64,000 bases of DNA from Raillietiella orientalis (lineage: Eukaryota). This document shows, piece after piece, positions 56,900-64,000 of this stretch (within the stretch, counting starts at the first letter, position 1; each line of letters opens with the position of its first letter). A program made the position numbers and the translations under genes. The stretch is taken from NCBI GenBank assembly GCA_036172245.1, contig JAYWIR010000011.1, positions 3,596,001 through 3,660,000 on the forward strand, read 5' to 3'. Under the pieces are notes generated by a model. It was given only the letters and a program-made list of their open reading frames with translations. It made no database searches and was not told the origin of the DNA.

Positions 56900-59800
56900 G
56901 GTGGAAAACATGTCTTTGAGCTTCTGGTCATCCCTTGGTAGACCTTGGAACTGGAATGACTAAGCAGTGCAGTGCCTTATTCTCAAGCAGATTTCCCCAG
57001 CAATGCCAACGGCCGGAGGGCATCTTGATTCTTTTGCAGACTTCGGAAGTTGGAGACTGATGGCACTTCGTTTGCGCTCAAGTAGCAGCATCCTGGAATC
57101 TCCGAGGTGGTATCCAGAAAGAAAGCAAGAGAAGAAGCGTCGGATGTTGCCTTTTTGAAACTTGTCAATTTTCGGTTCTCTTATCCTCAAGATGAATAGC
57201 CCAATTCGTGGAACAGTTCTGAACCCAAAACTGTTTCAGAGGATGAAGGCCCTACCACCTTAAAGCAGTGTGTGGAAGGAGAGAGAGTTGGACCCCAAAG
57301 CATAGGAAGGGAGTTTCGGCTATAAAGTGTGAGGTGCTCGGTCTGATAGAATAGCCTGAATGATTCGAGTCCGACATCTAGGAAGCTCAAGAGTGAGGCC
57401 AATGGAGATGCGAAGAGGGTAATTGCTACTGGGTTACAAATGGATTACTGGGGATATTATCTGGGTCAAAATTCTGGAATGAATGGCATACCTGAGAGAT
57501 TGAGGATTATGAGGAATGTAAGCAAGGGAATGGAATTATGGTAGAGGGTATGTGAGAGGGAGTGGATGTTTGCTTTGTGGAAAAGTGATGGACTTCTGAG
57601 TTAGGTTACCGTATTTATCTTGTGAGAGGATGATGAGTTATTGTGGAGCTCATGCATGCTAAATGGAAGACTAGCAAATAATTATAAGTCCGTCTCTGGT
57701 GATGTTTTCCTTACCAAGTGCTCCAATTCTGGAAAAACCTTGGATTGAAGAAACCGATCATCATCCGTTCGAATATCCAAACCTGGATATAAGCTCCGTT
57801 GCAAACTTTTTCGTGTTTTTCCTCGGAAACCGTTCATGTGCATCATTCCAGAGGAGCAACTACTCAGCACGTTTTTCCCTGCAAGAACTCAGTTTTGAGA
57901 GAGTAAATAGCTCCATTTCATTTACTTGAAGCTTCTTGAGACCAGCTGTCCATCGCCTTCGAAGCTGCTGCTCGGAGGCCTCGCTTCCTCTCTCATTGAC
58001 ATATGAAACTCAGACAGTCGGTACGTGGTCCTTGACTTGTAAGAGAGGGCGTGAGGCCATTAGGGTTTGGCACCCTTTGCATTCTACAGTGCCATTCCCT
58101 TGAGAAAGTCGAGAATCTTTACAGCTACCGTTGCCTTGGGTACAAGACTTGGAAAAAAAAAAAAAAAAAAAGGAAACACGAAACTATTCCCAAACTATTC
58201 CCATGGATGGCATAAAAATAATAACATTGATGCTAGTAATCGCTACCAATGCAATTCTTGTAGATTCACATAGGGAATTCTCCACTGTCAAAAGCACAAA
58301 AGGTCGAAAAAGCGTTGTATTCTCGAAAAACAAGTCTTGAACGCTGTCTGCTTCTCAGCACTAAGAACTGGGAATTCAGGAAGGGAAAGGAGCATCCAAT
58401 GCGTTACGCATGGATTCAGACGAATTGTACTGTGGAAGCGCGGGGTTTTTACTTTCAATGAACAGAGGGTCTCAATATCAGGTTCTCCTTCTCAACTGTA
58501 GGCTTAGAGATCCAAGAACCTGGAGTAACACTCTTTTGTCAGTGGAACACGAGCCTCTCATTTGTTCATTCGAGATATCTCGGGAGCGACGAAATTCAAC
58601 TCTTCCATGGCAACAAAGTTTCTTGCTCTGTAGCAAGGCAGGGTTGAGGAATCAGGAATCAAGGCAGGGTGCATACATGGGCACTTCCAGGATACCTGAT
58701 GAACACAAAGAACTGGTATTTCGTTCTGAAAGGCTTCTACAAAGGCCACGCTGTTTCATACCAAGTGTGGATTTTGGAGCACGGGCATTCCTTGTGGGAA
58801 GACGTACAAGTCAGTCAATTTGAAGAGAATATGGAACTGAACCCCACGATATCCATGGAGGGAGAGCAGTGCCGAGAGGATATTTGACCTAGGAGACGGG
58901 AACAGCCAATCGTTTTTCTCCCACCTGTGTGGCTTATGGTCCATCTGGACCCGGTTTCCCTTCTCTTGTCTTTGGTTTTCAATAGGAAATGAGATGCAGG
59001 CATCTTTAGCGATCTCAGGCTCCCTTGTGTCTATAGACACAAAACCAGCAACAGCAGTCTCCTACTTTTTGGTTATCGATCTCCCCCTCCCTTCCCAAAG
59101 TAAGGATCTGAGAATCTTGATCTGCAGAACATATGAAGGTGAGCGCTTCTTGCATACAAGAGGGACCATTTAGGACATTCATGGAGACCGGACTCCAGGA
59201 TGGGAATCCGAAACCCAGAGCCTTCTGCTGGGATCTCCTCTACAAGTACCGCTGGATGAACCTGCTTCCCAGATGAAATTAACTTCAAATGCAGCGTTCA
59301 ATTCCAGATAGTCCCTCCGACATCCTTTACGAAGACAATATTTCACTGACGAGAGGCTTCGCAACCTCGTAATGGAATGCGTGACCTGGGCCCTCTTCTT
59401 GAATCCTCTGATTTAGAGCCATCCCATCTACTCCCCTCTTTTTATGTTGCTCATTGTGGCATGCTCTTGTAAACGAGGATACCTGTAGACAGACTGCGTC
59501 TCCCACTGCCTTTTCTTCTATCTTTCCACTGCCTTTGCTCTGTTGCTTCCAGGCCAGTTTGCAAACAGACCCTAAAAACCTCTTTCACTCTAGCCTACCC
59601 TTCTCTCTGCTGCCATCTTTTATTGGGTGCTCCTCGGTGCTCTTCAGCGTTCGTTGTTGGCTTCCAGTCTTTCCTCCCGGATCACACGCCTAGTCATGCA
59701 CTGTCAGAGAAAGATATACTAGTTTGTTTTACTTTCCGCTGCCCTCAACCTTGGAATACACTTCAGAGCAATCTTATTGCTTTTCAATGTCCTTAACTAG

Positions 59801-61200
59801 ATCCTTGTCACTTCTACAACAGCACCTGTTGCTTCTCTGGGCTCACGTAGCTGATGGTTGTTGACCCGAATCATGACATTTCTGATTCCTTTATTTGACT
59901 AACTGTTAACAGTTTTAAGTGGGTAATCCTCTTTAGCAGAAAATGCTGCTTCCGTGCCATCGGTTCCTTGGAATTAGATTCTCGTTAAATCACGCTTTAA
60001 CTCTCGGAAGACGCGTCAGCAGAACCCCCGATTTTAAGTGTTGGCAATCATAAATACTGGAGAAGAATGAACACTGAAGAAAGACATGATCTCCTGAAGG
60101 TACTTCTCTACATCTGTCTCCGTGACTGATACTCTTGCAGTGGCTGAAGATCCGAGACCTCTCAAATAGGGTAAGTTCCTGGAACTTTGTAGACCCTCCA
60201 TCCTTCTTGGTGCTCCAATAGAAGCAATGAGAAGAATCAAAGATGGAAGGGGGGGGGAGGGGAACATTCAGCTTTATTGGAAACTCTCTCTTTGGCTTTT
60301 TCAGAAGCGCTCCACGAAGAATAAACCAACCACCCCACGAAAACCGTCCTTCCCGTTTGCGAAGTGCCGGGAAAAGGAAGTAAAAAGGAACGCTATTGTG
60401 CCAATAAGCATTTCTTCCTGTTCTCCTTGGACGATTATCACCACGAGTTTGCAGGAACTCTGTGACTCCTATCTTTCCCTTCTTTCCTAACTTATTTCCT
60501 CCCTATCAACGCTTCTGTTTGCAGCGTCCCTACCTTCTCTCTGAGTCTCGTCATATAAGAGGATTTATGGCCTACCTAGATTCCTCTTGGCTACTTGTTC
60601 TTCAGAACTACTAGGGCTCTGAGTCCTGCTTGAAGACAATCCACGCTCTTGAGAGGCTTCCCCACCTATAAAAAGAGTAGAAGTTCAGCTGATTCCAAAA
60701 AGAAATCCAGATTGCTGAGGAAGGTTCGGAAATCACCTAATCGTCTTCCGAACTGACTCCAGAAGAAGTACCTCGTCTTTGTCCGAAGCTAAGACTCAGC
60801 TCTTTGTTGGCTTCTATCCCCTTTTCAAAGTGTTTTCTCTTGAGAATACCCGGCTTCCTGTTTTATCCGAAAAGATCTTACTGAAAGTCTGCTCTGCTAT
60901 ATTGCGACCACTTCTCCTTGACAGCATAATCACGAAGGTTTCCCATTTCCTAGATGAACCTGCTTCCGGAAGCTCTACTAGACCGTCTCCTGCAGCAATC
61001 TTACCTTCTGTCCTGGACTTCGAAGACAAGGAAACATGCCCTTACGGAATCTTGGGGCCTTCTCTTGCTAGCTTTCGGATCTGCGCACGTTTCAGAACCG
61101 TTACCTTCTTAGGAATGGTCTGGAGTCCGTACTGGAGTTATCATGGCTGCTGTCCTTGCCCTTCCCAACTCCATCTCTCTGTGCTTCTCCATATTCTTCG
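56900..61200 (-). mobile_element. Degenerate LINE (APE and RT remnants)
   Basis: LLIASIGAP (VY.P-like) near 60220, GKPGPDG near 58940-58960, and downstream RT-like remnants with many stops. Confidence 0.5.
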
Positions 61201-62989
61201 CCTTTAGAGAAATATCAGGTTTGTTGTACTCACCTCTTATGGCAGCTGCAAATGATAAACACTACACTGTGTCTATGTGCTTTTAAATGACTACGAAGAA
61301 AGATTTGGAACAATGCTTAGGAATATGTGCTGGATTCCTTAAAACGATGCTCTAACCCTTTCATTTATTTGGAAAAAAAAAAAAAAAAGGTCAGACTTCA
61401 CTGTTATCAAGACTGCAACCGAATGCAGAAATCTCAATTCGCACAATAAGAATGCACGACCCTTTGTTTTCAGGTTCTTGTATTAGTAGCTAGCAGCATA
61501 CAGACAGGTAAGACTTTCTACAAAGTTCCTAAGCAAGACGCACTAACGGATTGATGGACAATTAGCAGAGAGAGACACTACTACAAAATGAAGGAATTGA
61601 AGAAATGAAATGCGTGGAAATGGGCAGGAGCTTTCATGGAGAATAGAGAGGATGACCCAAGTGAGTATACCGCAATTATTTCACTAAGGGACCAGAATGG
61701 ACAGTAAGGTAATACAAAGAATACGTGCTTTATAATACTCAGTGTAACCCAAAATCAAACCGTGCAGGCCCCTGAGAAGGTGCAGAATTTGAACACCGGA
61801 ATTACTGAATCTTCTAACACTCTTCGCCTCGTTGAGAATGCAATCTTAGCATATGTGTTAGCAGGTGAGGCTCTAGGAATACATGCCAGTTCCAAAGTCA
61901 CCACAACTACAGAAACTAATTTACAGTGTGTGTTATTTAATGAGCATAGAATGGATATAGTTTCCCCTGCTACTCCTTATTTTATTGATGGGCGGATAGC
62001 TGCTACATTAGGCCGATGTAATCAATAAGCTTATCTTTTGGAAACGTTTTCGAAAGCAAAATGCATGTTAAATGGCATCGGCAGCTAAGTGTCCTCGGTT
62101 CATGCTTTGGAAGGTTGCTTATTAAGGAGGACTGCTTCAAAACTATCAGCAGAAAAATGCAGTCAAGGTGTCTGCATAAGAATGGCACAGTCCTTGGGCA
62201 TGAAAAAAAAATCTTTCCAGAATTTCGAACCTGAAGCTTGGTTTAAAAAACCTCGAAGAGAAACGAAATTTGGCTTCAATAAACCTCCAATAGGCCGTTG
62301 ACTTTTCGATTTCCCTCGCAGCATTTCGCAAGGCGATTCTGCTGCTGAGTTTCCGTGATCTTCCGAGATCGGATCACGGTTCCCAGGCATTCACCGATTC
62401 GTAACACGGCGACTCGGAATGCAGTTTCACCAAAACCTCCAATTCTTTTCCACATCTTTGGCATTTTTAGTCATTCTTAGTGTGTCACATATGCACATCA
62501 GTTTTTTGGTTCGTATTGAGCGCTGTGTGCAGCACTTTCTTTGCTACCGACATTGTGGCGAGCATCGCTTTATAGTGAAAACCACCTTTGGTGGACTTCC
62601 TCCGTCACGAACGTTGAAATCTTCACCAGTCTGATGCCAATTTATTATTCTGATACATTGATCCTGAACAGCGCTTCAGGGCATGGGATGATTCGATATA
62701 AGATTATCAAACGGAAATGCACGGTTTGTCCCTCATGGCTTTCCTTTGTTAATGCCCTACTGCTTTTACTTGCTGCACTGCAGCATTACAAAAAGACCTG
62801 TTTATTTATTTTATTTCATTTTCCCTTGGTTCCAATTGCTTTGTTCCTACAAAATCATTTGACCTGTTTGCGTTTGTTCTACAATTTTTTTAAATCCCCC
62901 CCTCCCTCATTTGCTGCGACTGTTATCGGATGCAGAGCCAATCCTCCGGGGACTGATTCTAACCGAAGACTCCAGAGATTAGCGCCACA

Positions 62990-63560
62990 TGTAGGAGACA
63001 AAATTTCATTTTTATTTTTTTCACGGCCCAAGGCGTCTTCAAAATTAAAACCTCTGCATCTTAGTTCTTGACACAAATGGTTATTAAATTTCCGAATAAA
63101 CCCAACGGTAGAGTGAACTTGTCCTTTAAAGGTACTTCGTGCACGCGGGTACGACGAACTCATCAGAGGGTTTTCGAAATGAACCTGTGGCTTAGAAGAC
63201 TCTTTTCAAAGGGATAACACCCAAAAGAAAGGAAAAAAAAAAAATGCAAAACCGCGTGCCATTCTTTTGTTGCACCAAACGAAATCAGCGATACCAAAAA
63301 AGCCTCTGTCCAGTGCCAGAAAACGTGACGAGGGACAAAGGTGCTAGCTTTTGAACCGCGTTTTGATGTACATTACATCCGCTTACGGTTATCATCAGAA
63401 ACGTTCCCACTGACAAACTGCGAAACCTCAACGGTCTTCAAGGAGGAAACAAAGTCACCTTAGCACAACTGCCTACAAGCGTTCTTTCTGGCGCACCGCG
63501 TTTTGCAGCCCGCTTTTACACAGGGAGCTGGCAGAGCACTTGCTGACGTTCCAGACGGCC
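62990..63560 (-). mobile_element. Mariner-like transposase relic
   Basis: FWHWTEAFLVSLI (FWD..G.L.ID-like) and FKGQ...GFIRKFNNHLCQELRCRGFNFE (mariner C-terminus-like). Confidence 0.4.
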
Positions 63561-63720
63561 CTCAATCCAAAGTTTCTTTGTCAAATTAGCTTGGCAATTT
63601 TGCAGCGGTGGCTCTCGAACGCGCAATTAACTGATGCAGTTAGGACACCTGAAAGAGTTGCTTGGGGGATGGAACATTCCCTATGTAATTACACTTGCAA
63701 CGTACTGGATCACAAAAACG

Positions 63721-63751
<31 letters not shown>

Positions 63752-64000
63752 ATACATACTGTCAAAATCTTACATTTCCAATAAATAACAGGTTTCGGCA
63801 AAATATGAACTGCAAATTTGAAAATTGCCTTTTTTATTTCCAGATAATGCTGTTGCTTAAACATGTTTTTAACACAAGTTGTGAATGCACATGACTCTGC
63901 GACATTTTTCCAGCAAGAAAAACTTTGCCTAACTCAGCAATTAAGTAGTTGTTTAACCTTCAAATACGCAGGATTGTATAACAAACTGAAACAACATGAT

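Overview
This is eukaryotic DNA, probably from an invertebrate animal. It has GT-AG introns, many only 47-100 nt long, and the larger introns and intergenic space are full of transposon relics. The main feature is a + strand gene that enters the window 5'-truncated and runs over 27 phase-consistent exons from <1 to 38984 (at least 2,288 aa in the window). It encodes a phospholipase C epsilon-type enzyme (CDC25/RasGEF, PH, EF-hand, X, Y, C2) with two atypical features: an N-terminal helical region plus a talin-like FERM F2-F3 module, and a stop just after C2 with no Ras-association (RA) domains. Its introns hold a decayed duplicate of exon 4, an intronless CaMKI pseudogene split by a SINE, two P-loop NTPase-like relics, and piggyBac, Tc1, Penelope-like and possible KDZ relics. 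Downstream (39-64 kb) I see no supported host gene, only mariner, L1/Tx1-like LINE, Gypsy and tRNA-SINE debris. That debris includes a near-identical inverted LINE pair and a ~170-bp AT-rich coding-like insert inside a SINE. All family assignments come from motif recognition by eye; no searches were run. TE boundaries are approximate.
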